This document shows positions 10,097 to 19,254 of a stretch of 51,349 nucleotides of DNA, piece after piece. Positions within the stretch are counted from its first letter, which is position 1. Each line of letters begins with the position of its first letter. Location: positions 1-51,349 of the forward strand of contig DASSIB010000026.1 in the NCBI GenBank assembly GCA_035692365.1, in the 5' to 3' direction. The DNA comes from Candidatus Limnocylindria bacterium (lineage in GTDB: Bacteria > Chloroflexota > Limnocylindria > QHBO01). The notes beneath the pieces are model-generated. The model was not told the origin of the DNA and did no database searches. It saw nothing but the letters and a program-made list of their open reading frames with translations. Both the position numbers and the translations under genes were made by a program.

Positions 10097-11295
10097 GGCC
10101 GAAGGACCTGTGCCAGGAAGAGGGGCGAGAGGGCATCGCTGGCCGGGCGGCAGTCGCCCAGCGCGCTGCCGAGGAGGTCGGCGGTCTTCGGCCGCGAGGC
10201 CAGCCTGCGCAGGGCATAGCCCATCAAGGGCGGAGTGGCCAGCATTCCCTGGACGAGCCAGGTCAGCGCGTCCTTGGCGGCGAACGCGCCGCGCCGCGCG
10301 GCGAGGTAGCGGGCTGCCGCATCCTCGTCCAGCTCGTCGAGCGCCACGGCGGCGGCGCGGGCGGAGCGCAGCGCGCGGTAGATCCCCTCGCCGGTGAAGG
10401 GGTCGATGAAGCCGGCCGCGTCTCCAACCAGCATCCAGCCCCGCCCCGCGGCGCGTCGAACGCGGTGGCCGATCGGCGATGCGCCGATGATCGGGGTGAG
10501 TCGCGCGCGGTTCCTGAGGCGCTCGGCGACGGCCGGGATGCCCTCGATCGCCGCGGCGAACCGCTCCTCCGCAGGGCGCCGGTCGCCGTCCAGCGGCAGC
10601 GCCATCCCGACGTTGAGGCGGTCGCCGGCCAGCGGCGCGAGCCCCACGTACCAGCCCGGGCCGACATGCATCTCGCCGTGCTCGACCAGGTCCGGGCTCC
10701 CCTCGTAATGCGCCACCAGCCCAAGCCGCCGCGGCCTCCCCGCCCCGCCTTCGACGGAGATCGCCTGGCTCACCCGGGAGCGCGCGCCATCGGCACCGAT
10801 GAGCCAGCGGAAGCGGACGCCCCGCCGCCCTTCCGGCGTCCGCAGGGTGGCCCGCACCGCCCTCCCGCCGAGCCCGCCCACGCCACCGGTCCACCCCACC
10901 TCGGTGAGCGCGGTGTGCTCCATCAGCCGGGCGCCGCATGCGACCGCATGGGCGGCAAGGGTCGCGTCGAACCTTGTTCGCTCCAGCCCCCAGGCCATGC
11001 GCTGCCCTGACTCGTCGCGATACCGGACGTCGACCGCATCGTCGCCGCGGATGACCCGCATCCCAGCGAGCGGGAGCGCATCGGCCTTCCAAACCTCCTC
11101 CGGCACACCCAGCAGACGCAGCTCCTCCACGATCCGCGGGCTGGCGTATTCGGCGCACGCCTTCGCCCGGGGATGGGCGCGCGACTCGACCAGCAGTACG
11201 TCACGGCCGCGGGTCGCGAGCGCGGCGGCAGCAGCCGAGCCCGCCGGCCCCGCGCCGACCACCAGGACCTCGCACTCGAGCGGCGGCGCGCTCAT
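10093..11295 (-). CDS. FAD-dependent oxidoreductase, geranylgeranyl reductase family
   Basis: VLVVGAGPAGSAAA FAD fold, LIGADGARSRV, and GDAAGFIDPFTGEGI. The ATG overlaps the methyltransferase stop (ATGA at 11292-11295). Confidence 0.85.
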   Translation of the reverse strand: MSAPPLECEVLVVGAGPAGSAAAAALATRGRDVLLVESRAHPRAKACAEYASPRIVEELRLLGVPEEVWKADALPLAGMRVIRGDDAVDVRYRDESGQRMAWGLERTRFDATLAAHAVACGARLMEHTALTEVGWTGGVGGLGGRAVRATLRTPEGRRGVRFRWLIGADGARSRVSQAISVEGGAGRPRRLGLVAHYEGSPDLVEHGEMHVGPGWYVGLAPLAGDRLNVGMALPLDGDRRPAEERFAAAIEGIPAVAERLRNRARLTPIIGASPIGHRVRRAAGRGWMLVGDAAGFIDPFTGEGIYRALRSARAAAVALDELDEDAAARYLAARRGAFAAKDALTWLVQGMLATPPLMGYALRRLASRPKTADLLGSALGDCRPASDALSPLFLAQVLRP

Positions 11296-11975
11296 CGGTA
11301 GACCGTGGTGACCCGCGGCCAGAGCCGCCCGCTCCGGTGGGCTCGCTCCAGCCCTGCCCTGGCCGCGAGCGTGTCGAGCTCGGCAAGGGTGTAGGCGCGG
11401 CGCGCCGAGAGGACGCCGTCATGCCGGGTGTAGGCGCCGCGGCTGAGAGCCAGGACCGCGGCGGCCGTCATCGCGAACGGCACCACGCCGCGCCGCAGGT
11501 CGTTGATCACGACTCCCAGCCGCGAGACGCGTCGCATCTCGGCCAGCGCGACGATCGCGTCATCAGGATCGAAGTGGTGCATGAGGAGGGACGCGTGCGC
11601 GATGTCCACCTCGCCATCGGCCAGCGGGATGGCACGGGCATCGGCCTGCAGCAGGGACACGTTGTTGGTACCGGCCAGGTTACGAGCTGCGATCTCGAGC
11701 ACCTCCGGCCGCACGTCCAAGGCGATCACCTCGACATGCCTCCGCCGCCGGAGTCGCCGCACGAAGTCGCCGGACCCGGTACCGACGTCCAGCACCGTCG
11801 CCTCGTTCTGCTCGCCGAGGAGCCGCTCCACGGCCCGAACACTGTCGCCCACCCCACCGGGGAGCCGATTCAGCATCGCCATCTCGCGCAGGTTCTTCCG
11901 AAGCTCGAGCGCGTCGAGCTCGTCGGCGTCCAGGAACTCATGCGCGGTGGAGCGGACGTTCAGGAGGCTGGCCAC
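11292..11975 (-). CDS. class I SAM-dependent methyltransferase
   Basis: SAM motif I VLDVGTGSGDF, post-I ALDV, and a later DIAHASLLMHHF. GTG start with no visible SD. First gene of the operon. Confidence 0.85.
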   Translation of the reverse strand: MASLLNVRSTAHEFLDADELDALELRKNLREMAMLNRLPGGVGDSVRAVERLLGEQNEATVLDVGTGSGDFVRRLRRRRHVEVIALDVRPEVLEIAARNLAGTNNVSLLQADARAIPLADGEVDIAHASLLMHHFDPDDAIVALAEMRRVSRLGVVINDLRRGVVPFAMTAAAVLALSRGAYTRHDGVLSARRAYTLAELDTLAARAGLERAHRSGRLWPRVTTVYR

Positions 11976-12031
11976 GAGGCGGTCACTATGCGCGAAGTCC
12001 CCGCCCAGCGCTGGCGTGTCACCATGCCGGC

Positions 12032-13096
12032 ATGCGACTCGACCAGACCATCACCGCGGTCGACGCGCACGCCGGCGGCGAGCCGGGGCGGGTCATCGTC
12101 GGCGGCGTCCATGACGTCCCGGGCGCAACCTTGCTCGAGAAGCGCGACCACCTCGCACAGCACGGGGACCAGCTGCGGCGCCTGATGCTGCGGGAGCCGC
12201 GTGGCTACCCCGCTCTCTGCGCGAACGTGATCCTGCCACCGACCGACCCAAAGGCCGATGCCGGCTTCGTGATCATGGAGCAGGCCGAGTACCCCGCCAT
12301 GAGCGGATCGAACACGATCTGCACCGCCACGGTGCTGATCGCCGAGAAGCTGGTGCCGGTCACCGAGCCGATCACCCAGCTCACGCTGGAGGCGCCGGCC
12401 GGACTCATCAAGATCCGCGCAGCGGTGGCTGATGGGCGGGCAACCTCGATCACGTTCGAGAACGTGCCGGCCTTCGCGATCGAGATCAACGCTCCGGTCG
12501 AGGTGCCGGAGATTGGGCGGGTGAAGGTGGACGTCGCCTGGGGCGGGATGTTCTACGCGATCCTCGAGGGGTCAGCTCTGGGCCTCCGGCTGACCCCGGA
12601 CGAGGGCCGCGACATCGTGCGCCTGGGGGAGATGGTCAAGGCGGCGGCCCGGGAGCAGATTCCGGTGGCACACCCCGACCACCCGGAGATCCGCGGCATC
12701 AGCATCGTCGAGCTGACCGCACCGCCCACGCTCTCCGGCGCGCACGGCAAGAACACGGTAGTGGTGAGCTCCGGCACCCTGGACTGGTCGCGCCCCGAGT
12801 CCTTCACCGGGGTCCTGGACCGCTCACCGTGCGGCACCGGCACCTGCGCGCGGATGGCCGTGCTGCACGCCCGCGGCAAGCTGGGGATCGGCGAGGACTT
12901 CATCCACGAGGGCATCCTGGGGACCGCCTGGACCGGGCGGCTGCTGCGCGAGACGACGGTCGGCCCGTACCGGGCGGTCGTCCCGCAGCTGACCGGGAGC
13001 GCCTGGATCACCGGCCGGGCCGAGTATCGGCTCGACCCCGAGGACCCGTTCCCCGAGGGATTCACGGTCGGAGACCTCTGGGGCCTCACCGACTAA
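12032..13096 (+). CDS. proline racemase family protein (hydroxyproline epimerase/dehydratase-like)
   Basis: Second catalytic motif DRSPCGTGTCARMA is present. The first catalytic position reads AMSGSNT (Ser where the canonical Cys sits). 354 aa. Confidence 0.85.
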   Translation: MRLDQTITAVDAHAGGEPGRVIVGGVHDVPGATLLEKRDHLAQHGDQLRRLMLREPRGYPALCANVILPPTDPKADAGFVIMEQAEYPAMSGSNTICTATVLIAEKLVPVTEPITQLTLEAPAGLIKIRAAVADGRATSITFENVPAFAIEINAPVEVPEIGRVKVDVAWGGMFYAILEGSALGLRLTPDEGRDIVRLGEMVKAAAREQIPVAHPDHPEIRGISIVELTAPPTLSGAHGKNTVVVSSGTLDWSRPESFTGVLDRSPCGTGTCARMAVLHARGKLGIGEDFIHEGILGTAWTGRLLRETTVGPYRAVVPQLTGSAWITGRAEYRLDPEDPFPEGFTVGDLWGLTD

Positions 13097-13202
13097 GTAC
13101 GTCACTTCCGCTCCGCCGTATCCTATGATGACGACCCGCGGATTCGCGGCCAGGTTGACCCGCCCGATGGGCGAGCGCAGACCCCTCATGAGGACGATGC
13201 GG

Positions 13203-14294
13203 ATGGCGACGGTCACCTTCGATCACGTGTTCAAGCGCTTCCCAGGCGACGTGATCGCGGTCAACGACCTCAACCTGCAGGTCGCGGACGGCGAGTTCCT
13301 CGTCCTGGTGGGCCCCTCCGGTTGCGGCAAGACCACCGCCCTGCGCTGTGTGGCCGGCCTGGAGTCGATCAGCGACGGCAAGCTCATGATCGGGGACCGC
13401 GTGGTGAACGATGTGCCCCCCAAGGACCGTGACATCGCGATGGTCTTCCAGAGCTACGCGCTCTACCCCCACATGTCGGTCTTTGAGAACCTCGCCTTCG
13501 GGCTGAAGCTGCGCAAGATGCCGAAGGCCGAGATCGATGCGCGCGTCCGGGAGGCGGCGGGCATCCTGGGCCTCGAGCGCTACCTGGACCGGAAGCCCAA
13601 GGCCCTCTCCGGAGGCCAGCGACAACGAGTGGCCCTTGGGCGCGCGATCGTGCGCGAACCGAAGGCGTTCCTGATGGATGAGCCGCTCTCCAACCTCGAT
13701 GCGAAGCTGCGCGTCCAGACGCGCGCCGAGATCGCGCGCATCCATCGCCGCCTGGGGACGACGATCCTGTACGTCACGCACGACCAGGTGGAGGCGATGA
13801 CGATGGGCGATCGGATCGCGCTCATGAAGGACGGGCTCCTTCAGCAGGCTGGCACGCCGGAGGAGCTCTACAAGCATCCCGCCAACCTGTTCGTGGCGGG
13901 CTTCATCGGTTCGCCCGCCATGAACTTCGTCACGGTCACCGCGGCCGGCGAGGAACTCATGATGGGCCAGTCGAAGTTGACCCTTTCCGGCGAGCCGGCC
14001 AGGACGGCGGCCAACCGTCCGGCAGGCACCAGCCTGACCATCGGCTTCCGCCCGGAGCACCTCGAGGTAGCGAACGGGTCCGGGAACCAGGCCATCACCT
14101 TCTCGGCGACCGTCGACGTGGTCGAATACCTGGGCAACGAGGAGCTCATTCACCTGCGAGCAGAGGGGAATGAGATCGTGGCACTCCTTCCGTCGGATCG
14201 GAAGGTCCAGGTGGGAGAGCAGATTCCCCTTGCGGTCTCGCTCGACCACCTGTACCTGTTCGACCCCGAGACCGAGAAGTCGCTGGTCAACTAG
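13203..14294 (+). CDS. carbohydrate ABC transporter ATP-binding protein (MalK/MsiK/UgpC type)
   Basis: Walker A GPSGCGKTT, signature LSGGQRQRVALGRA, Walker B FLMDEPLSNLD, and a C-terminal regulatory domain. Start is taken at ATG 13203, which has GAGGA 8 nt upstream. Confidence 0.9.
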   Translation: MATVTFDHVFKRFPGDVIAVNDLNLQVADGEFLVLVGPSGCGKTTALRCVAGLESISDGKLMIGDRVVNDVPPKDRDIAMVFQSYALYPHMSVFENLAFGLKLRKMPKAEIDARVREAAGILGLERYLDRKPKALSGGQRQRVALGRAIVREPKAFLMDEPLSNLDAKLRVQTRAEIARIHRRLGTTILYVTHDQVEAMTMGDRIALMKDGLLQQAGTPEELYKHPANLFVAGFIGSPAMNFVTVTAAGEELMMGQSKLTLSGEPARTAANRPAGTSLTIGFRPEHLEVANGSGNQAITFSATVDVVEYLGNEELIHLRAEGNEIVALLPSDRKVQVGEQIPLAVSLDHLYLFDPETEKSLVN

Positions 14295-14325
14295 CCTCGG
14301 CCCGAACCGGCTGAAATCCTCGGGC

Positions 14326-15420
14326 TCAGCCCTTGACGGAGCCGGCCAGCAGCCCTCGGACGAAGTACCGCTGCAGCGCGAAGAAGACGATCAGCGGGAT
14401 GATCATCGAGACGAAGGCCCCGGCTGTCAGCAGCTGCCAGTCCTGCCCTCGAGTGCCGGCGAGGTTCACGAGCTTGATGGTGAGCACCTGCACATCCTGT
14501 GTGCCCCCCAGGAAGGTGGTCGCGACCAGGTAGTCGTTCCAGACCCAGAGGAATTGGAAGATGGCGAACGATGCCAGGACCGGCACCGATAGCGGAATGA
14601 TGATGCGGCGGAAGACAGCGAAATGGGAGGCGCCGTCGGTTACCGCCGAGTCGATCAGGTCTCGGGGGATCGCGCTGACAAAACCGAACACGAGGTAGAT
14701 GGCGAGCGGCAGCCCGAAGCCCGTGTGCGCGAGCCATACCCCCAGGTAGGTTCCGTTCAGGTCGAGGCCGGTGTAGTCGCGCAACACCGGCACGAGTGCG
14801 ATCTGCAGCGGGATCACGAGGAGCGCCACCAGCAGTGCGAAGAGCGCCATCCGACCGCGGAATCGCATCCAGGCGAAGCCATAGGCGGCGAAGGCCGCAA
14901 CCGTCAGTGGGATGACGGTGGCTGGGATGGTCACGGCGATGCTGTTCATGAATGCGCTGCCGAGGTCGCTCCCCCTCTCGGTTCGAAGGGTGCCACCGGT
15001 GTTCTCGTACGTCTTGTCACCCCCCGACAGCACGACCTGGTAATTGCGCAGCGTGAAGTTGGGCGAAGCCACCCACTGCTTCTCCTGGACCTCGATTCGC
15101 CCCGCGCGGCGGTTGCCGATCCACTGGATCCGCTTGCCGTCCGATGCCGTCACGCCCTCGCGGAACGCATCGAACGTTGCCGTGACCCCCTCGATCGTGA
15201 TTGGCGCATTGCCGGTCACGTCCGCGGGAATCGGGAGCTCCTTGGTCGTCACGTAGCCCTGGTGCGGCAGGACGGACCACCAACCCGAGTTGAGGACGTC
15301 GGCCGCTGGCCGAACCGAGCTCACCAGGAGGCCGATGGTCGGCACCAGCCAGATGAAGCAGATGACCGCCAAGGTGCCGTTCACTGCCAGCTGCCCGAGC
15401 CACCGTCGTCGCTTGGGCAT
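14326..15420 (-). CDS. carbohydrate ABC transporter permease
   Basis: MalG-type membrane protein with a large extracytoplasmic insertion after TM1. Follows the other permease after a 2-nt gap. Confidence 0.88.
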   Translation of the reverse strand: MPKRRRWLGQLAVNGTLAVICFIWLVPTIGLLVSSVRPAADVLNSGWWSVLPHQGYVTTKELPIPADVTGNAPITIEGVTATFDAFREGVTASDGKRIQWIGNRRAGRIEVQEKQWVASPNFTLRNYQVVLSGGDKTYENTGGTLRTERGSDLGSAFMNSIAVTIPATVIPLTVAAFAAYGFAWMRFRGRMALFALLVALLVIPLQIALVPVLRDYTGLDLNGTYLGVWLAHTGFGLPLAIYLVFGFVSAIPRDLIDSAVTDGASHFAVFRRIIIPLSVPVLASFAIFQFLWVWNDYLVATTFLGGTQDVQVLTIKLVNLAGTRGQDWQLLTAGAFVSMIIPLIVFFALQRYFVRGLLAGSVKG

Positions 15421-15422
15421 CT

Positions 15423-16535
15423 CTACGCCTGCTGCTGTTGGAAGCGACGGAGGTTGTAGACCATCACCGGGAGCACCAGGACCAGCAGCACGATGGCGAT
15501 CGCCGATCCGAGCCCGAAGCTCCGATTGCTGAAGAACTGCGTGTAGAACTCGGTTGCGATCACCTGGGTGCCGAAGTTCCCGTTGGTGAGCACAACTACG
15601 ACGTCGAAGATCTTCAGCGTGAAGATCACGATCGTGGTCGTCACCGTGATGATCGTGGGCATGATCGTCGGCACCACGATGCGCATGAAGGTCTGGATCT
15701 CGTTCGCACCGTCCACGCGTGCCGCGTCGAGCAGATCGGCCGGGACACCCTTGATGGCGGCGGAGAAGAGAACCATGGCGAACCCGGTCTGGAGCCAGAC
15801 GACGACCACGATCAGGAAGAAGTTGTTGAACGGCTGGTTGTCCGCAAGCCAGCCGATCGGCGAATTGCCAAGGCCGACCCAGATCGCGTTCAGCAGGCCG
15901 ATCTGGGGCGAGCTCGGATCGCGGACCGCATAGACAAACTTCCAGATGATGCCCGCACCAACGAGCGAGATGGCGACGGGCATGAAGATGATCGACTTGG
16001 CGATCACCTCGAAACGAGAACGATCAGCGAGCGCCGCGATCAGCAGGCCCATGATGACCGTCAGGCTCGCCCCGAACGCGAGCCACAGCAGGTTGTTGCG
16101 GAAGGCGAGCAGCGTCGCGTCGTCGGTGAAGACCCGGATGTAGTTGTCCAGCCCCACGAAGGCCGCGCCGTCCTGGTCGAAGAAGCTCGTCCAGAAGGTC
16201 CGGATCGACGGAAGCACCAGGAAGTAGAAGAGGAAGATGACCGCTGGGCCAATGAACACGGCCGGCAGGAGGATCTTCATCGCCCTGGCCGGCAGCTGCT
16301 CCACGATCCAGTTCGAGACCGTGAAGATCGCCAGCAGGCCGCCGACGCCCCAGATGACGGCCAGCAGCGTGATGAGCGGCTTGGGTATCGGCGAGGCCTT
16401 GTCCGCCAGGATGACGAAGCCCGCCACGAGGAAGACGGCGGTCAGGATCACCCCGGCAATGCCGAGGGCGAGGTTGCGGGCGCGCGCCTCAGGCGGCGCC
16501 TCGTCGTTGAACGCGGCCAATGGCGGCTCGGTCAA
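15423..16535 (-). CDS. carbohydrate ABC transporter permease
   Basis: MalF-type multi-TM protein with an EAA-like loop (DAARVDGANEIQTFMRIVVP). TTG start preceded by GGAGGGG. Confidence 0.88.
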   Translation of the reverse strand: MTEPPLAAFNDEAPPEARARNLALGIAGVILTAVFLVAGFVILADKASPIPKPLITLLAVIWGVGGLLAIFTVSNWIVEQLPARAMKILLPAVFIGPAVIFLFYFLVLPSIRTFWTSFFDQDGAAFVGLDNYIRVFTDDATLLAFRNNLLWLAFGASLTVIMGLLIAALADRSRFEVIAKSIIFMPVAISLVGAGIIWKFVYAVRDPSSPQIGLLNAIWVGLGNSPIGWLADNQPFNNFFLIVVVVWLQTGFAMVLFSAAIKGVPADLLDAARVDGANEIQTFMRIVVPTIMPTIITVTTTIVIFTLKIFDVVVVLTNGNFGTQVIATEFYTQFFSNRSFGLGSAIAIVLLVLVLPVMVYNLRRFQQQQA

Positions 16536-16621
16536 AGCCCCTCCACACTCCCTCAGCCACGGGAACCATTACCGGCGGGTGCGGTCAGGTCGGCGTCGCA
16601 ACAGCATGCCATACCAAGGGA

Positions 16622-16650
16622 AGAGGGGCGGCCATTCTGGCCGCCCCTCT
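16622..16650 (-). terminator. GC-rich intercistronic stem-loop (attenuator or mRNA-stabilising hairpin) after the substrate-binding protein gene
   Basis: Perfect 12-bp inverted repeat AGAGGGGCGGCC (16622-16633) / GGCCGCCCCTCT (16639-16650) with a 5-nt loop. It lies 27 nt downstream of the SBP stop. Only a weak U-rich tail follows on the minus-strand transcript. Confidence 0.5.
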
Positions 16651-16676
16651 CCGGGGTGATTGGGACCGAGACGTTG

Positions 16677-18050
16677 CTACTGGGCTTGGTCGATGTTCGC
16701 CAATGCCTCGTCAATCGTCTCGTCGCCGTTGATGAACGAGGTGATCTCCTTCCAGAACGCCGTCCTGACCGGACCGGGCATCTGATCGCCCGACGTGAAT
16801 CGGATGGCGGTGGCGCTCTTCAGAAGGTCACCGATCTTCTGCTCAACGGGCTGACCGTACTTGGAGGTGTCGACGTCCTTATGAGGGGAAAGCGCACCAC
16901 CGGTCGCCATCCAGGGCTCGAGGTGCTTCGCGCTCGTGTACCACGCCAGCAGGGCCCGGACCTCGGGCCGATCGTGGAACATGCCCCAGATGTCCCCCGC
17001 AACCTGCATGTAGCCTGCGCGGCTGTCGTCAACTGCCGGCAGCGGGAAGAAGTCGTAATCGACGCCCGCGACGGCCGTCTGGGGGAAGAAGCTGGTGATG
17101 AAGTTACCCTGGCGATGGAGCCAGCACTTCGGCGGATCGGTGAACATCGGCGCGGGCGCGTCGCCGAAGGCCGTGCTCACGATCCCCTGAGTTCCCCCGA
17201 AGACTTGTCCGGGCTCCAGCCACATGTCAGCCATGGTCTGCCAGGCGGCCTTCACCTCCGGAGAGGAGAACGCCAGCGTTCCCGCGACCCACTCGTCGTA
17301 GGCCTCTGGGGGCTGGCTGCCGAGCATGATGTCGTTGATCAAGTCGGTCGCCGCCCAACCGGTTGCCACGCCGGATTCGATCCCGACGCACCAGGGGGCG
17401 TCACCATCGGCCTGGATCTGGGCCGTCAGGTCCGTCAGCTCCTGCCAGGTGGTCGGCACCTCGTAGCCGGCGGCATCGAAGGCCTTCTTCGGATACCAGA
17501 TGAAGCTCTTGGCGTTGACCCGCTCCCAGACGCCGGCGGTGACGTTGCCGCTCGGGCCTGGCATGGTGGCCATGTCGAGCCAGCTCTGGACGTACTGGGC
17601 CTCGAGGTAGTCAGCCGACAGGAACGAACTCAGGTCGACGGCCTTGCCCGTCTTCGCGAAGGACGCAAGCAAGCCGGGCTGTGGGAAGTCCGCGACGTCG
17701 GGAGCATTGTCCGCATCGACCCGGACCGAGATGTCCTGCTCGAACTGCTTCGTGCCTTCGTACTTGACGTCGATGCCAGTGGCATCCTCGAAGACCTTGA
17801 CCATCGTTTCGAACTTGGCCTGGTCCTCGTCGACGAATGGCCCGAAGGCAGTGACCGTCGTGCCACTGTACTCGCCGGCAAGGGCATCGGTGAGTTCCTG
17901 GGGTACGGTCGCCGCGGCCTGGGACGCCGATGGCTGCTCAGCTGTGCTTCCATCCGGCGAACCCGAAGGTGACCCCGTACTCGTGCAGGCCGCGAGCAGG
18001 ATCATGCCCGCGAAGATCGCGGCGGTGCCCCGCCACCAGTGCTGTCTCAT
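16677..18050 (-). CDS. sugar ABC transporter substrate-binding lipoprotein
   Basis: Signal peptide with lipobox (ILLAAC) from the internal ATG at 18050, which has GGAGGAA 7 nt upstream. Family 1 extracellular solute-binding protein features. Confidence 0.88.
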   Translation of the reverse strand: MRQHWWRGTAAIFAGMILLAACTSTGSPSGSPDGSTAEQPSASQAAATVPQELTDALAGEYSGTTVTAFGPFVDEDQAKFETMVKVFEDATGIDVKYEGTKQFEQDISVRVDADNAPDVADFPQPGLLASFAKTGKAVDLSSFLSADYLEAQYVQSWLDMATMPGPSGNVTAGVWERVNAKSFIWYPKKAFDAAGYEVPTTWQELTDLTAQIQADGDAPWCVGIESGVATGWAATDLINDIMLGSQPPEAYDEWVAGTLAFSSPEVKAAWQTMADMWLEPGQVFGGTQGIVSTAFGDAPAPMFTDPPKCWLHRQGNFITSFFPQTAVAGVDYDFFPLPAVDDSRAGYMQVAGDIWGMFHDRPEVRALLAWYTSAKHLEPWMATGGALSPHKDVDTSKYGQPVEQKIGDLLKSATAIRFTSGDQMPGPVRTAFWKEITSFINGDETIDEALANIDQAQ

Positions 18051-18156
18051 CGTCCGATTCCTCCATCTGGATGTGCTGCCAATGGTAGATCGCGAGCGCA
18101 TGGTTGTCCTTACCTCCTCATCCGAAACTCGGCTGCGCGGACTCTCGAGCGTGCGC

Positions 18157-19254
18157 TCATGCGGACCTCAGCTCCATCGTCGCAGCACTGGATTCCCGAA
18201 CTACGAGGCTCGTTCCCAGCAGTACCTGCTTGGGAATCGGGCTCCTCGTTTCAATCGCCTCCAGGAGCAGCCGCGTCATCTCGCGGCCCATCTCCTCGAT
18301 CGGCTGACGAATGCTCGTCAACGGAGGCTCCGAAGCGGCAGCCATGGCCGAATCGTCGAACCCGACGACGGCCACGTCAACCGGAACGCGGCGCCCTGCT
18401 CTTCGCAGCTCGCCCATGGCGCCGATCGCCATGAGGTCGGACGCGGCGAACACCGCGTCGACGTCCGGGTGGCGTGCGAGGATGGCGCGCATCGCCGCGG
18501 CGCCGCCCTCCTGCGTGAACTGGCCATCCGCCTCGAGCCCGTCGTCCTGGGCGATCCCCGCAGCTGCCAGCGCGTGCCGGTAGCCGGCTCGGCGGTCGAC
18601 TCCCACCGCCATGTCGAGCGGTCCGGTGATCGTCGCCACTCGGCGGCGCCGACCTTCCAGCAGGTGCTCGACCGCGGTGCGGGCTCCAGACTCGTTGTCG
18701 ACATCGACGTAGCTCGCCATCGAAGTGGTCGGCGGCCGCCCCCCAACCACCACCGGGACCCCACGCGTGCGCAGGCGATCGGGGAGACCGTCGTCCCCGT
18801 GCAGCGAAGCGAGCAGCGCGCCATCGACGTGGCCGGCGGCGACGTATGCCTCGGCTCGGCTCTGGGCTGACCCCTGCGCGATCATCAGCACAAGCTGAAC
18901 GTTGCTTGCCGCCAACTCGCCGCTGATGCCCACCAGAAGCCTGGGGAAGAACGGGTCGCCGAAGAGGCTCGTCGTCTGCTCGGGAATGACCAGCGCGATG
19001 AAGCCGCTGCGTCGCGTAACAAGGCTTCTGGCCGCCGGATTGGGGACGTAGCCGAGGCGCCCAACCGCACGCTCCACCGCCTGGCGGACCACCGGAGTCA
19101 CCTTTGGGCTGCCATTCACGACCCGGGATACGGTCGCCCGAGACACCCCCGCTGCCCGCGCGACGGCATCCAGAGTGACCGCCTGGCCTCCGGCGTGATG
19201 CCGGCGATTGGAGGTGGCGGTCGCTTTCCTGATGAGAGCGCTCTCACGGCCCAC
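18157..19254 (-). CDS. LacI family transcriptional regulator (CebR-like)
   Basis: HTH VTLDAVARAAGVSRATVSRVVNG plus a periplasmic-binding-fold core. The only plausible in-frame start upstream of the HTH is GTG at 19252-19254. It has no SD, and TATTGT lies 6 nt upstream, which suggests a leaderless transcript. Confidence 0.85.
   Translation of the reverse strand: MGRESALIRKATATSNRRHHAGGQAVTLDAVARAAGVSRATVSRVVNGSPKVTPVVRQAVERAVGRLGYVPNPAARSLVTRRSGFIALVIPEQTTSLFGDPFFPRLLVGISGELAASNVQLVLMIAQGSAQSRAEAYVAAGHVDGALLASLHGDDGLPDRLRTRGVPVVVGGRPPTTSMASYVDVDNESGARTAVEHLLEGRRRRVATITGPLDMAVGVDRRAGYRHALAAAGIAQDDGLEADGQFTQEGGAAAMRAILARHPDVDAVFAASDLMAIGAMGELRRAGRRVPVDVAVVGFDDSAMAAASEPPLTSIRQPIEEMGREMTRLLLEAIETRSPIPKQVLLGTSLVVRESSAATMELRSA
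19233..19246. promoter_or_regulatory. candidate LacI/CebR-type operator, perfect 14-bp palindrome TGAGAGCGCTCTCA
   Basis: Perfect dyad read directly from the sequence. It overlaps codons 3-8 of the LacI gene. It matches 12 of 14 positions of the Streptomyces CebR box TGGGAGCGCTCCCA, and the two differences are symmetric. Confidence 0.55.

Noticed and set aside
9653-11158. N-terminal extensions of several track ORFs (9653-11158, 41494-43407, 34532-35779, 38507-40108, 30963-31400, 6138-7346, 18157-19524, 13125-14294, 21811-23580, 48128-49009).
   Set aside because: The extensions overlap the upstream real gene and translate to Arg/Pro-rich junk. In each case an internal ATG/GTG with an SD or a start-stop overlap gives a protein of the size typical for its family.
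14295-14325. Possible bidirectional terminator between the convergent ATPase and permease genes.
   Set aside because: Only a 6-bp stem (GCCCGA / TCGGGC) with a 14-nt loop and no U tract. Too weak to call.
15438-17972. An 844-aa plus-strand ORF, plus many other long ORFs in the track (e.g. 696-1859 minus, 1420-2406 minus, 7162-8766 plus, 8388-9995 plus, 22102-23688 minus, 32836-34704 plus).
   Set aside because: They run antisense to, or out of frame with, genes that have clear family motifs. Their translations are Arg/Pro/Gly/Asp/His-rich low-complexity strings. Stop-poor alternative frames are expected in DNA this GC-rich.
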